Source: Azolla caroliniana (Eukaryota > Plantae > Polypodiophyta). From it: a stretch of 64,000 nucleotides of DNA. Where the stretch lies: assembly GCA_043228905.1 (NCBI GenBank), contig JBHGNT010000003.1, positions 18,228,001 to 18,292,000 of the forward strand. The letters run 5' to 3'. Under the pieces are notes generated by a model. It made no database searches. It saw nothing but the letters and a program-made list of their open reading frames with translations, and was not told where the DNA came from. The position numbers were made by a program, and so were the translations under genes. Positions 52,043-64,000 of the stretch are shown here, piece after piece (the first letter of the stretch is position 1; every line of letters begins with the position of its first letter).

Positions 52043-54411
52043 TATTAGGAATTTGTCGTCTCGTAATGGAGAGAGTGCGGACTTCGATCAGTTTCCCATA
52101 TCGACAGTGCTCGTAGAAGTCTGTCTTTGCCTGGAGTTTCGGAATGTAGCCAACCGACATCAGCCGATCAAGTCCGGCTTGAGACATGTGGCCAAGTCGG
52201 CCATGCCATAAGTTCGGATTGGTTTTCTCGGCTACATTCAAGGCCCCTTCAAGGTTGATCGCCATCAATGGGTATAGATTATTATACTTATGCCCACTAC
52301 TGATTTTGAGGTTTCCTCGGCTGATCACCCATGTCGACTTGTGTAGAGTCATGCGATATCCGTCTTCGGCTAACATGCCGATGGAGACCAGACTCCTCTT
52401 TAGATCGGGTATGTGCCAAACTCGATGCAGGGTTATTGTGTTGCCATTTGGCAATCTGATGGGAATCTCCCCAGTTCCGGCTATCTTGCACTCTTGCTCG
52501 TTTCCCAATCAGACTGTGCCGCTAGTGTCGGCTGAATAGTTCGAGAACCATTCAACATTGGGGGTCACGTGAAATGTGGCACCAGAGTCTAGTAGCTACG
52601 TGTGTACAACTTGTGCACTATAGAGGACTTCTCCAATCATCGAGCCCTCTAGGGAGAGGATTTCTCTGGATTGGGTGTCGACAACATTGATCTAGTTGCC
52701 GACTGGAGAGTGGTCCGAGTCGGAACGTCCCCGATTCTGCTCGGATTGCCAACCACTCTCTTTTCTTTTTATTGACCAGCAGTCGGAAACATTATGGCTA
52801 GCTTTCTTGCAGTGTGTGTAGTACTCACTTGTTCGGCCCGTTCTCGACTTCGATCGCTGTCGGTCACCCCTTGTTTTCGATCGACTTTAGCGACGACCGG
52901 TTATGTCGGCTTGTTCTTTCGTTCGACTTTGTCAGTCGAACGACTCGATCGAGTGATGGGCTTCTGTTGACTCATCGATGGTTAGTCCCATTGATTTTCG
53001 CCCGATGTTCTCTGTGAGGACTTGGCCGATTGTTTTGTCCAGATTTAGGATCGGTTGGATATCGGTGTAAGTCGTACAGAATACCTCCCAACTCGCTGGC
53101 AAGCTCGATAGGAGGGCAAGGGCTTTCACTTCTTCTTCGAAGTTGATCCCTTGTGACGAGAGCTTTGACAACACCCAGCTGAAGGTGTTGATGTGGGAGG
53201 TTGCCGGATCAGTCTCTTTCATCTTCATGTTGAACAATTGTTTGATCAAGATCAGTTTCGAAGATGAGAACTTCTTCTCATAGACGGCTTGTAGCTTCTC
53301 CCACAATGAGAACGTTGTCGTCTCTTTCGCCATGCTGAAATAGACGTTTTCGGCTAGATGCATTCAGATGGTGGAGCGTGCGATTTCGTCCATTGATCTC
53401 CACTCCTCGATTATCATTGAAGTAGGTTTTTCGCTGTACCGAATGGCTTCACCCTATCTTCGAATGATCATCACATCCTGCATCATCTCCTTCCACAAGG
53501 CAAAGTTTTTGTCGTCGAATTTTTTGATTTCAACTCCTGTTCCGGATGTTGAAGCCTTATTCTGTTTGTGAACTTGAGATTGAGATTTCTGACCTGGTCT
53601 TTTCTTTCAGCTTCTTCTATTGTCTATTGCCGCCGAACTATAAAGATTCGGCTCTGATACCAATTGTGGATATGAGTGCTAGGTGCGGAAACATGTATGG
53701 ATCTGTAGTCGGTACTGGACAACAAACAACACATACAGAAAATAGAATAGGCGTGGAGACTTACACAGATGGAGCTTTAATGGAAAGCTTCTAATTGCTT
53801 CGTTCTTTCATTGGAGATACAATAGTCTGCTCGTCGTCACTCATTACAATGTTAGGTATTCGCTTATATACGAAGCCCTAACTTATTAATGAGTTCACAC
53901 TAGGACGGATACAATTTGGAAGGAGTCAGCCTTTTATGCCAACGGGTCGAAGACAAGGCCGACTAGTCGTGCCGATTAATTATTATATACATTATATAAT
54001 AATAATAATAACGGCTATATTTGTAAATAGCCCTTACTATGTATGATTATAAATACACCTAGGGCAACCATTATGATTATGATGCGAGTTAGAGCTTCTG
54101 TAGTTGTGACAGAAGTGAGAGCAATTGAGACTAGGAAGAGACTCGTGAGTGCGCGTGTGAGAGAGGCAAAGTTTAGTGAAACTTGCCCAAACCCTAAGGG
54201 GGTCTTCTCTGATTTGCAAACACTTGTAAATCTTTCTTCTCTACCTCTATTCATAGTGAAAACCTGTTGTCCCGTGGTTTTTTCCCGATTTAGGGTTTCC
54301 ACATAAATATTATGTTTGTGCATTCTCTGTTTGATTCTTTTTGTTTTCTATTTCCGCGTTGTGTATTATTTCAGTCTACCTTTCTCATAGATCTATGACC
54401 CGTCCCCAATA
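52043..54411 (+). mobile_element. Solo LTR J (D/F-like) inserted in the G protease motif, itself interrupted by Copia I
   Basis: TSD GCTTC at 52038-52042 and 54412-54416. Starts TATTAGGAAT, resumes ~53945, ends CCCCAATA. Confidence 0.8.
52058..53944 (-). mobile_element. Copia I, 5' half (LTR, PBS, gag, PR, pre-integrase)
   Basis: LTR ~53665-53944, PBS-Met 53651-53662, gag 53363-52932, LDSGATFHVTP, LWHGRLGH. Confidence 0.87.
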
Positions 54412-56039
54412 GCTTCTCGATTCGGGTGCATCGTATCACGTGACCCCTCACCGATCCCAATTTTGACAATATTCGGCTAGGCGTTTCAACTCAGTTCATG
54501 TCAGAAATTCTCAGCATTGTGCCATCGTAGGCATCGACACAAATAGAGCCTAACCTTCCAAGTGGCTCTACTCTTGTACTACATCATGTCCAACACGTAC
54601 TTGAGCTCACTATCAAATATGAGTGTATAATGACCGTATTCACATTGTCCCTGTTAACATACTAGGTTAGGACATATTTACAATAAAGCCAAAAGGTAGT
54701 TGCCCTAGTTCAGTTGTTATATAACTGACTTCGTAACCTAGTTCATACTATGGCCATTCATTGTATTGTAACATTTGAATAATGTAGGTTACATAGTTCT
54801 CTCTCTTGATCTTGATCTTGTACTCTAATTAAGTTGTCTTGCAACTCTCGACTTTAATTTGTTCATCTTGTTAATCTATCATCAACTTCTTGTTCTTCAA
54901 CACCTAAGTGATGTTTCTGTTTCCACACTAATGGCTTCACCTCCAACATTTGGCATCAGTGAAGAGGATTTTCAATCTATTGTCGACCATCACTTGTCTT
55001 CAACAACATCTTTGATCTCACCCCCTTGAGGACCCCAACTTGATCTAACTCTTGGAACAGATTCTAGATTTCCGTCAAACTGAAATCCTTTGGTCAACAA
55101 CTAACAAGATCGCATCCTCAGAAGAGAAACTTACCATTTCACACTTCATTGTGTTACCCGTACGACAGGTACGAGGATGGATAAGTGCCATGTGTTATCC
55201 GTACAAGAGTTACATGGATGGTCTATGTATGAAGTTTTGTTGCAAATGTGCATGAGTGTGAGTGTGAGTGTGAGTATATGTGTATGTGTATGAACACATG
55301 CACATGTGCGTGCATGTGGGTAGATATGAAAGAGTGTGAGTGAATTGTTTTTGTGAATGGATGGAGGGGTATGCACCCCTATGTATCACGTTGATATGTA
55401 ACCCTCATTGTACTATTTAACCCCATATGGGCATGAATGAGAACAAGAAGTCTGCTCTCCTCTCTTCATTTCTCTGATGTCTCTCTCTCTCTTTCTCCCT
55501 CCTCATGTTCAACCCCTTGGGAGGGGTTTGGAGCCATTCTCGGTTCCACCCCCCTCCCCATTATCACTCGGCAACAACCATTCTCTTATCACCATCAACA
55601 CTTTTTGGTGACCACAATGGCGAACTCCCTTTGGAGAAGAAGCCGAAGAATGATACGCGATGAAAGTATGTGTGAGAGAGTGGGAAATGGTGGTGACGAT
55701 ATACGAGAAACGACGACGACGATGTGCGAGAGAGCGGGAAATGGCAACGACGATGTGCGAGAGATGATGATGTTTTGTCACTAGGGTTCCGGTCTGCATT
55801 TTCTTTGTTACAGATCTTATTGGCGGAAGAAATTCTGGAGGACGAAACATGATTGAGGAAGAAGACAAAAGAAGATTATTAACCTCTCTGTCACAAAACT
55901 GAAAAATGAAGGAGAGATAGAGAATACGAAGAGAATAAATATAAGACCACAAATCTAAATAGAACATCTGCATTCACTTCTGCACAACAACTACTGTGGT
56001 GGATTTTACCTGGTTGTTCTTTTTTTGATCATTCACCTC

Positions 56040-59000
56040 TTAAGTTAAAATTCTCTTTATCATCGACAAGAAGGGCTAGTAGATTTAGAATCCCTAACTT
56101 CGTTTTTCTTAGAGACAATTGTAAACATTTTGTTCATAGTATTTGGTCTCGATATCATTATGATGTGGAATCCGATGTTATCTTGATTAATGTGGTGCAT
56201 GTGTTGAAAGAAATTCAAGAATTTTTTCAAAGTAAAGCGAAAGCTTTGTACCTTGATTATGATTCGAAGATTGGAAGATATAAGTGAGCTTTGACAACAC
56301 TACAACATTTGCAACAAAGGTGGCCTAGGTCTGTAGATTTAGCCGCAAGAATTATTGATGTTGGGAAAACAATTACTGATATGCAATTGCAGAAGTCAGA
56401 TATTTGGTATCATAAATCCTTTGCCAGATGGACTAGACAGGCTTATACGGTTTGCAAAGGGTTTTTTCAACCTCATCACATTAAATCACATAAGTCTCAA
56501 CCGACAAGTATGAGACGAGTTGATGGGTCTTTTACATCGAATGTGATAGAGATTAGGGACATAACATCATCTTTTTATAGTCATTTGTTGATAGCAATTC
56601 CAATTTCAAGAAATAATGTGATTAAGAGGGATGTTGTTTGGGCTTCGGTGTCTAATCGAGTTTCTTTTGAAATACAATTTTCTTTGCTTGCTCCGTTGCA
56701 ACCTTCTGAAGTTTTGTTAGCAGCAAAGGCTTTAGGTAAGGATGTTTGTCCAGGTGTTGATGGGATGGGGGTTTCATGGTATATAGAGTATTGGGATATG
56801 ATCGGTAATGTTTTGACTTTTGCGTACCAACAAATTCTTGACCATGGTTATATGCCTCAGGAATGGACAAAAGGCCCAATATATTTGAATCTGAAGGGGG
56901 ATGACCCTTTGGATGATATTCGAAAATGGAGGCCTATAACACTACTTAATGTTGTGTATAAGATTTTAGCTAAAACAATAGCAAGGAGGGTGCAACCTTT
57001 TTTACCTCAACTAATTCATGATTCCCAGACGGGTTTTGTTCAAGAGAGAAGTATTTTTTATAACATTTTTTTGTTTTGGGAAATGGTGGCTATTGTAGAG
57101 CAACAACAACAAGATTTGGCTATTTTGTTTTTAGATTTCAAGAAGGCCTATGATAGAGTGGATTGGGATTTCATGGAAGGGACATTATAACGAATGGGCT
57201 TTCCAATGCAATGGATTAGGGCTATTGCAGCTTTGTATAGGACCACTCATAGTTCTCTTTTGTTTGTAGGTGATGTTGGCTGTAGATTTTCAATTTCGAG
57301 ATCAGTAAGACAAGGGTGCCCGCTAGCTCCCTTTTTGTTTATTTTAGTCTCTGAAGCTTTTTTTTATTACCTTAGGAGTTGGAATGTAGATATTCGTGGT
57401 ATAGCCTTACCTATACAAGGATATGCAACCATGACTGTTGATTCAGAATTTGCTGATGACACCGCTTTATATGTTTCTGCAGAAAAGGAGAATTTGTTGA
57501 ATCTTCAACAAGCAGTAACAGATTTTTGTGATGCTTGAGGAGCTTTGATTAATTGGGACAAGTCTATGGGATTTTGGGTCGCGTCTTCCTCTCCTCCACA
57601 AGATGTGCCAACTCCAAGTTTTATTTGGGTGCCTCGAGGTATAACAGTAAGGGATTTGGGTTGTCAAGTAGGGCTAGAATTGTCAGCTGATGATATGATA
57701 ACACCCCTTTTATTACGGGTTAGAAATAAATTGTTATATTGGGATACAACTAATTTGTTTTTACCTGGAAGGGTAGTTGTGGCAAACTCGGTTTTGCTCG
57801 CATAATGTGGTATATTGCATCAACATGGTTATTTTCACGTTCTATTATATTGAAATTACAACGCTTAGTTTGTAATTTTATTTGGGGTGCTTCACTGGGA
57901 TCAAGGGTTGTTGCAAAAGTTGCTTTGTCGGTTTTAATCCGGCCAATAAGTGAAGGTGGTCTGGGCTTAATAGATCCTATTATTCAGATTAAGGCTCTTC
58001 TTGCGAAGCATGTTGTGAGAGGATTTATGACTAGGGATGAGTTGTGGAAAAGGTTATGGTTGTTAGATATTCGTAACATTAAGCCTACCTTAGGAGAACA
58101 GTGGCAGGATAGTTGTGATGGTTGTTTAACTTTGAATTTCCAATTAAGGCTTAAAATGTTGGTTCTAGAAGATTTTTTACAAGTATTTTGAGGGCATGGA
58201 AGGACATTAGAGAGGCTCTATTATTTCAACTGCCATCAACAGAAGCCCAATTTCTAAGACAACTATTGCTATGGAATCCTTTGTTTATTGATAGCTCTGG
58301 TTGTGTTTTAGGTATTAGGCCGTATTTATCGTGGGGGAAAATGAACTCGGGACCAACTACAAGTGTGGCTGATTGGGAGCATTTTCAATTTCTCTCAAAT
58401 GAGGACAAAAAACAATTCTTGTCTTCATTACGTGGGGATGTTTGATGTCCGTTTAGATTCAAGAGGCTCTTCTCAATTGTGAAAGGCAAATTACCTTACA
58501 TGGTTCAATCTTTTCTCTCCTTTGGGCATTTTAATAGGTGTTAGGGCATACACTAATGAGGGTAGAATAAGATTTTATGAGGTTGGAGATGTTGATCTTT
58601 TATACTTAGTGGAAGAAGAAGCTGAAGTTATGCAACTAGCCTCCCAAAAACCTATTAGGGTCATTGCTAGGTTAGAGAAGAAGATTTTCCTAGATCCTAA
58701 CCCTTTTTTGGCAAACCATGCACGACAACTGTGGGCATTTCAAAGTAAGCCTGTGGAACACCTTAATTGGGACCCGGTTGATTACGCATGGCGGTTGGTT
58801 GGAAGGTCCTCGGAAAATGAACAAGAAAGTAGGACTCTTCCTTTTTTTTCAGTATTCTGTGGCCTACGGGAGATGCTTCTTGTTGCAATGCCATTCCATA
58901 AGTCCCGCTGCACAAAAGTATTGGGAGTTAGGTGCAATATCGCCTCAATATTTGGCAGTTTACTGGAAAAGTTTATAGACTTTACCATGTCTGCAGAGAG

Positions 59001-59683
59001 CCATTTCTTTTAAGTGGTTATTACTTCATTATGCTTTACCTGTAGGTTTTCATCTAAAAGGACAGGTTCATGATCGTCATTGTGTGTGTTGCCAATTACA
59101 GGAGGAGATTTTGAAACATTTGTTTTGGACTTGTATTGCAGCTTGACAATATTGGGGAAGAATACTTAGGATGTTTTCTTGTAAATATAGAGGAGCGATT
59201 TTTACATGGGGAGCTGTTCTTTGGGGGTCTTTGGATGTCCAAGTATCCATGTAGGAGGGGGAGAAATGTGTGGAAGCATTGTGTGTGTCGGAAAATAGAA
59301 TTGAAGCAGTTCTCCCGAACAGTCCGGGTGGTAAATATTTTAAATTTTTTTTGGTTTGGAGTATTGTTTCGATTAATGCTTTATGGGTGTGGTGGAAGTG
59401 TCGGTGCAACAAGAAATATGAAGGTATCAAGTATAATGTGGTGGATATGATAAAGATGTTTTGGGACAACTTGGTACACACAGTTAAGGGAGAGTACGAT
59501 AATATTAAAGGACTAACAGAAAAGGTGCATAAGAAAAGAAGAAAAATTCATCGGATATGGTGGCCAATACCTCTATGGTTGGATGGGACACGTGAAAACC
59601 GTTGGAATTATGTGCCACCACGATGGTTGTTTCCTCCACCTAGTTCTTTCTTATTTCAGTCTTAAATTAGGATGGGATATACT
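56040..59683 (+). mobile_element. L1-type LINE ORF2 (decayed; endonuclease domain not seen)
   Basis: CPGVDG, WRPITLLN, LDFKKAYD, VRQGCPLAP, FADD, GGLGLID, zf-RVT, C-terminal RWNYVPP. The 5' boundary is approximate. Confidence 0.92.
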
Positions 59684-59771
59684 TGTTGAAGACAGAGGCC
59701 GTGTCAATGCGGAAGATCAAATAGCATTCGATTTGTGTTGAGAACCTGCCTATGACAGTTTGCAAGATCGT

Positions 59772-59821
<50 letters not shown>

Positions 59822-62800
59822 GCACCAAAGACTTTCTATTCGATAGAAACAATAATACAACCAACCTTACAAAAAGGTTACAAGGTCACTATATATAGTG
59901 ACCGACTTAGGGCAACTACCATTTATGCTAATTACACAAATGACCCAAACTTGATCTATACAAAGGGATAGTGTGAATACGTCCATTATACACTTGTATT
60001 CGACACTCCCCCGTAATGGGCGTATACATGGGTTATCTAAGATTACAGGTATAAACCTAGGTTCTCGGACATATCAGTTTTGTTCGAGTCGGCAGGGTCC
60101 GAAGGCAGAAGACCGGACTGGTCGGGTCGGAAGAGTTGAAGCCGATCATTAGGGAACTGATGTCGGTTGTCTGAAACCATCCTGCGCTGTGTCCGGCTCT
60201 AACCGGACTGGTTTGTCGTTACGCCCATCTGATGCCGAAGGGACCGAAAGCGGTCTGCCGAAAGACACTTGGTCATTCCATCTGCGACATTGTCGGTTGT
60301 GGATATTTTCTCTAGACCGATTTTCCCTGAAATGACGCAGTCCCGAACGAAGTGATATCGAACGTCGATATGTTTGGAGGCGTTGTGGTGAACCGGATTT
60401 CTCGACAAGGCAACAGCACCTTGACTGTCGCTATAGACAACTGGAGCCGAGTCATGGTCGACTTGCCGAAACGTGTGCGCCAGCCGGCCGAGCCACAAAG
60501 CTTCTTTTGCAGCGTCGGACGCAGCTACATATTCTGCTTCGGTCGTTGAGGTCGTTGTGCACTCCTGAAGTTTCGACTTCCACGAAATTGCTCCATTGCC
60601 GAATTTGAAGCAGTATCCGGTTGTTGATTTCCGACTGTCTATACAGCCGGCGAAGTCCGAGTCGGTGTAACCGACTACGCCTGAGGTTGAGTTCGGACCG
60701 AAAAGAATGCCGTGATCTTTTGTGCCAGCCAGATATTTGAACACATGCTTGACTGCGTTCCAATGCGATCGGCCAGGATTGTGCATAAATCTGCTAACGA
60801 CTCCTACGGCATGAGAGATATCAGGCCGTGTCGCGACCATCAGGTACATAAGGGAGCCAACTGCCGGTGCATACGGTACCGACTTCATATCTTCCCCCTC
60901 CGGACCGGATGTCGGGCAGTCTCGCTGAGAGAGCCGAAGATTCATGGGGAGCGGGGTTGAAGCAGATTTGGCTGATTGCATGTTGAAGCATTCCAAGACA
61001 CGTCCGATATAGTCGGTCTGAGACAAAAAAAGATGTCGTTTGTCGCGATGCCGACTAATCTTCATGCCGAGTATGTGTCGTGCCGGACCAAGGTCCTTCA
61101 TGGCAAACTTCAACCGCAGTTGCCGAATGAGATCGGCAAGTTCGCCCGCGTGGTGTCCAGAAATTAGCATGTCGTCCACGTAGATGATGAGGAAGATGGG
61201 TGATCCATCTTGAGCTGTGTTGGTAAAAAGACAATGGTCCTCATCGCTTTTTGAGAAGCCGATCGATTGGATGAAGTCGTCGAACTTCTTGTACCATTGT
61301 CGCGGTGCCTGTTTGAGGCTGTATAGACTCTTCCTGAGTCGGCAGACTAGATGTTCTTGGCCAGTTGCCACGAAGCCTTTTGGCTGCTCCATATAAATTT
61401 CCTCTTCAAGATCACCGTGGAGGAAGGCTGTTTTGACATCTAGCTGAATCAGCTCCAAGTTGTCGGCTGCCACTACGCCGAGTAGAAAACGAAGGGTTGT
61501 CATTTTCACCACTGGTGAAAAAATCTCGTCGAAGTCGACGCCATATTCTTGTCGGAATCCCTTCGCAACTAATCTGGCCTTGTACTTTGGGGTGGTCGAA
61601 TCAGACGTCTCTTTTAGTCGATAAACCCACTTGCAAGGAAGAGCACGTCGATTCTTAGGTAGTTCGACCAGATCCCAAGTCTTGTTTGCCCGAATGGAGT
61701 GCATTTCCGACTCCATCGCCAGATGCCAGGTGGCAGAATCGACAGATGTCGATGCTTCTTCGTAAGACGTCGGTTCGCCGGCGTCGGTGAAGAAAATTCC
61801 AGGAGAATATCTCTCCGGAGGTTGCGACAGTCTCTCGGATCGTCGAGGTATGATTGGACTGGTCGCATCGGGTATCGAGGTCGGATGGTCCGAAAGCGAA
61901 TTATTCTGCTGTGCCGAGTCAGAGTTGTCCGAGTCGGTGGTGTAAGGTTCAGCTACCCGTGAAGCTGACCGTGTGTTAAGAGCGGGGCCTTCTTGAAGGG
62001 TCGGCACATCGGAAAATGTTACCCTTCGGACTTCGATCGGTTTTTCGACTGATGGATTCATAGCCGACTCGTTGAACACAACGTCCGAACTTCGAACGAT
62101 TTGTCTGCGTTCGGGGTCCCAGAGTCGGTATCCCATTTCGCCGTCTGATCCATATCCAAGGAAAATGCATTTCCTGGACCGAGGTGCAAGTTTTCGGCGA
62201 TCATCTTTCGGAATAAGGGCGTACGCCTCGCATCCGAAGATCCTCAGCTTGTCGTAATTCGGCTTACTGCCGATCCATAGTTCCTGAGGAATTTGAAGTC
62301 CTAGAGGTCTACTTGGCGACATATTGATTATGTGTACTGCCGTGAGTAGAGCCTCTGCCCAGAAGCCATCCGACAGTCCGGAGTGTTGGAGCATGGAAAC
62401 TATCCGTTCTTGGATTGTCCGATTCATGCGTTCTGCAATCCCGTTTTGCTCCAGACTGTGTGGTGCCGTAAATTCACGTCGGATGCCGCGTTGTCGGCAG
62501 AATTTGACGAATTCTTCTGATTTGAACTCTCCCCCATTGTCGGTCCGAAAGCATTTCAGTTTTCGGTCAGTTTGATTTTCTACCATAGCGAGCCAATCGG
62601 AGAAGATCGAGAAGACACGATCTTTGGTGCGAATTGGATAAGCCCACACCTTTCGAGTCGAATCGTCAATAAAACTGACGAAGTAAGAGGCACCGCCAAG
62701 AGACTGATGCGGCATTGGGCCACAGACGTCCGAGTGGACTAAATCGAGAGGTCTCGTTTCTCTTGGTGCTGATGTCGGGTGTGATGCGGCTGCTTGTTTG

Positions 62801-64000
62801 CCATACTGGCAATGTTCGCAGAATTGATGGTCGGAGAAGGAGAGTTTAGGGATGTATCCGGCTCTAGATAGGTGCGTAATGCCGGCCTTGCTGAGGTGTC
62901 CTAATCTTCTGTGCCATAGTGATGACACAGGAATATCCACCAAAAACAGGTTACCCTCTCTGAGCGTAACATGTAACGGATACAGTGAGTGTATCTTGGG
63001 TCCTCTAGCAAGCAGGAGGTTTCCCCTGTGGAGTGTCCACCCTCCCGAAGAAAAACTGGCACGAATGCCGTCTTCATCTAGTTGTCCGACTGAGATCAAT
63101 GGCCTTGAGAGCTCGGGTACATGTCGGACATTGTGAAGTACAAGTGTAGAGCCACCTGCAAGGTTGAGCTCTACTGTGCCGATTCCAATGATGTCACAGT
63201 GTTGCGAGTTGCCGACTCGAACTGAGTCGGAGTGACGGATCGTATATTGCCGAAATTGGGATCGATGAGGAGTCACGTGAAATGACGCGCCCGAATCTAA
63301 GAGCCATGTGCTCGATTCTTCAGTCGTGAGCAGAACTTCTGATCCGACTTGATCTTCGATTGATAGTATATTCGGGTCGTTTGGTAGCACATCAGCTGAG
63401 AAGCTGACGTAATTGATCTCCTCATGCCGGCCACTCTTCTTGTCTGATTTCTGAGACTTGTCGTTCTTGTTCTTGAGTGCGCGGCAGTCGGCTTTGATGT
63501 GTCCGGGTTTCTTGCAATAGTTGCAGATTCGATTATCCCGTGATTGGCTCCGTCTTCGCTGATTGTTCGGCTGCCGTGAGGAATCTCTTCCTCGTATGTT
63601 CGATCGGTCTGTCGAACCTTGTACTACATAAGCGTCGTCTGTTGAGTCTTTGGCGAAAGACTTTCTCCGAGCTGCTTCGGTCAGGATTGCGCTCGTGACT
63701 TCGGAGTATTTAACAGCCGTGGTTGACGCGTTGCACACAGTTGTGACGAAAGTTTCCCATGATGAGGTAAGGCTGCTCATGAGTATCATTGCTCTGAGTT
63801 CATCCTCGATTGCCGTCCCCTGAGATGAGATTTGGGAGCTTATGCTTTCGTACTCATTGAGATGTGCTTGAACCGAATCTGATTCTTTCATTCGCAAGTT
63901 GTAGAGGCGCCGGATCAGAAACATCTTCGTTGCAGCGACCTTCTTTTCGTAGGTGTCCAACAGTGTTTTCCACAGTTCGAATGCTGTCGTACACGATTGC
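59684..64000 (-). mobile_element. Copia H, young element running off the right edge
   Basis: 3' LTR 59684-60005 (contains (GA)n), PPT at 60006-60012, uninterrupted polyprotein. Confidence 0.95.
60199..64000 (-). CDS. Copia gag-pol polyprotein (>1253 aa; N-terminus outside the window)
   Basis: CCHC knuckle, LLDSGAS, integrase D,D(35)E (HSDVCGP/RTDNGGE/IAERMN), YVDD, RNase H DSD/TEAEY/SDS/ADGMTK. No stops; the frame stays open to the edge. Confidence 0.96.
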   Translation of the reverse strand, partial: QSCTTAFELWKTLLDTYEKKVAATKMFLIRRLYNLRMKESDSVQAHLNEYESISSQISSQGTAIEDELRAMILMSSLTSSWETFVTTVCNASTTAVKYSEVTSAILTEAARRKSFAKDSTDDAYVVQGSTDRSNIRGRDSSRQPNNQRRRSQSRDNRICNYCKKPGHIKADCRALKNKNDKSQKSDKKSGRHEEINYVSFSADVLPNDPNILSIEDQVGSEVLLTTEESSTWLLDSGASFHVTPHRSQFRQYTIRHSDSVRVGNSQHCDIIGIGTVELNLAGGSTLVLHNVRHVPELSRPLISVGQLDEDGIRASFSSGGWTLHRGNLLLARGPKIHSLYPLHVTLREGNLFLVDIPVSSLWHRRLGHLSKAGITHLSRAGYIPKLSFSDHQFCEHCQYGKQAAASHPTSAPRETRPLDLVHSDVCGPMPHQSLGGASYFVSFIDDSTRKVWAYPIRTKDRVFSIFSDWLAMVENQTDRKLKCFRTDNGGEFKSEEFVKFCRQRGIRREFTAPHSLEQNGIAERMNRTIQERIVSMLQHSGLSDGFWAEALLTAVHIINMSPSRPLGLQIPQELWIGSKPNYDKLRIFGCEAYALIPKDDRRKLAPRSRKCIFLGYGSDGEMGYRLWDPERRQIVRSSDVVFNESAMNPSVEKPIEVRRVTFSDVPTLQEGPALNTRSASRVAEPYTTDSDNSDSAQQNNSLSDHPTSIPDATSPIIPRRSERLSQPPERYSPGIFFTDAGEPTSYEEASTSVDSATWHLAMESEMHSIRANKTWDLVELPKNRRALPCKWVYRLKETSDSTTPKYKARLVAKGFRQEYGVDFDEIFSPVVKMTTLRFLLGVVAADNLELIQLDVKTAFLHGDLEEEIYMEQPKGFVATGQEHLVCRLRKSLYSLKQAPRQWYKKFDDFIQSIGFSKSDEDHCLFTNTAQDGSPIFLIIYVDDMLISGHHAGELADLIRQLRLKFAMKDLGPARHILGMKISRHRDKRHLFLSQTDYIGRVLECFNMQSAKSASTPLPMNLRLSQRDCPTSGPEGEDMKSVPYAPAVGSLMYLMVATRPDISHAVGVVSRFMHNPGRSHWNAVKHVFKYLAGTKDHGILFGPNSTSGVVGYTDSDFAGCIDSRKSTTGYCFKFGNGAISWKSKLQECTTTSTTEAEYVAASDAAKEALWLGRLAHTFRQVDHDSAPVVYSDSQGAVALSRNPVHHNASKHIDVRYHFVRDCVISGKIGLEKISTTDNVADGMTKCLSADRFRSLRHQMGVTTNQSG

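Larger units (their letters stand above)
50724..54902 (+). mobile_element. Copia G remnant (relative of H), interrupted and deleted
   Basis: LTR-like starts at 50724 and 54611 match the H LTR. gag DTYEKKVAATK at ~51400. PR WLLDSG is split at 52042/54417. Confidence 0.82.

Overview
Eukaryotic, repeat-dominated window, very probably from a land plant. The retroelement types suggest a seed-free lineage such as a fern or lycophyte, but that is inference. About three quarters of it is nested, mostly decayed retrotransposons. These include about ten Ty1/Copia elements or remnants, two Ty3/Gypsy elements, three L1-type LINEs, and a 1.1-kb TGT...ACA insert with a 4-bp CCGG target-site duplication (TSD). 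One Copia at the right edge has an uninterrupted polyprotein, and one Gypsy is a chromovirus. One host gene is supported: a two-exon, minus-strand gene for a 535-aa triple-CCCH zinc-finger protein with a long Y/Q/N/G/S-rich prion-like C-terminus (49060-48088 joined to 46822-46188). The best second-look signals are: (1) an in-phase -1 ribosomal frameshift cassette (G GAT TTT, 6-nt spacer, predicted H-type pseudoknot) between protease and RT of the non-chromovirus Gypsy element; (2) the CCGG-flanked insert, which carries two decayed tRNA-like A/B-box units; (3) a Copia family whose Pol reads through a vestigial polypurine tract (PPT) into a ~180-aa acidic/Arg-rich tail; (4) the CCCH plus prion-like gene. 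All calls were made by eye without database searches, and boundaries of decayed fragments are approximate.
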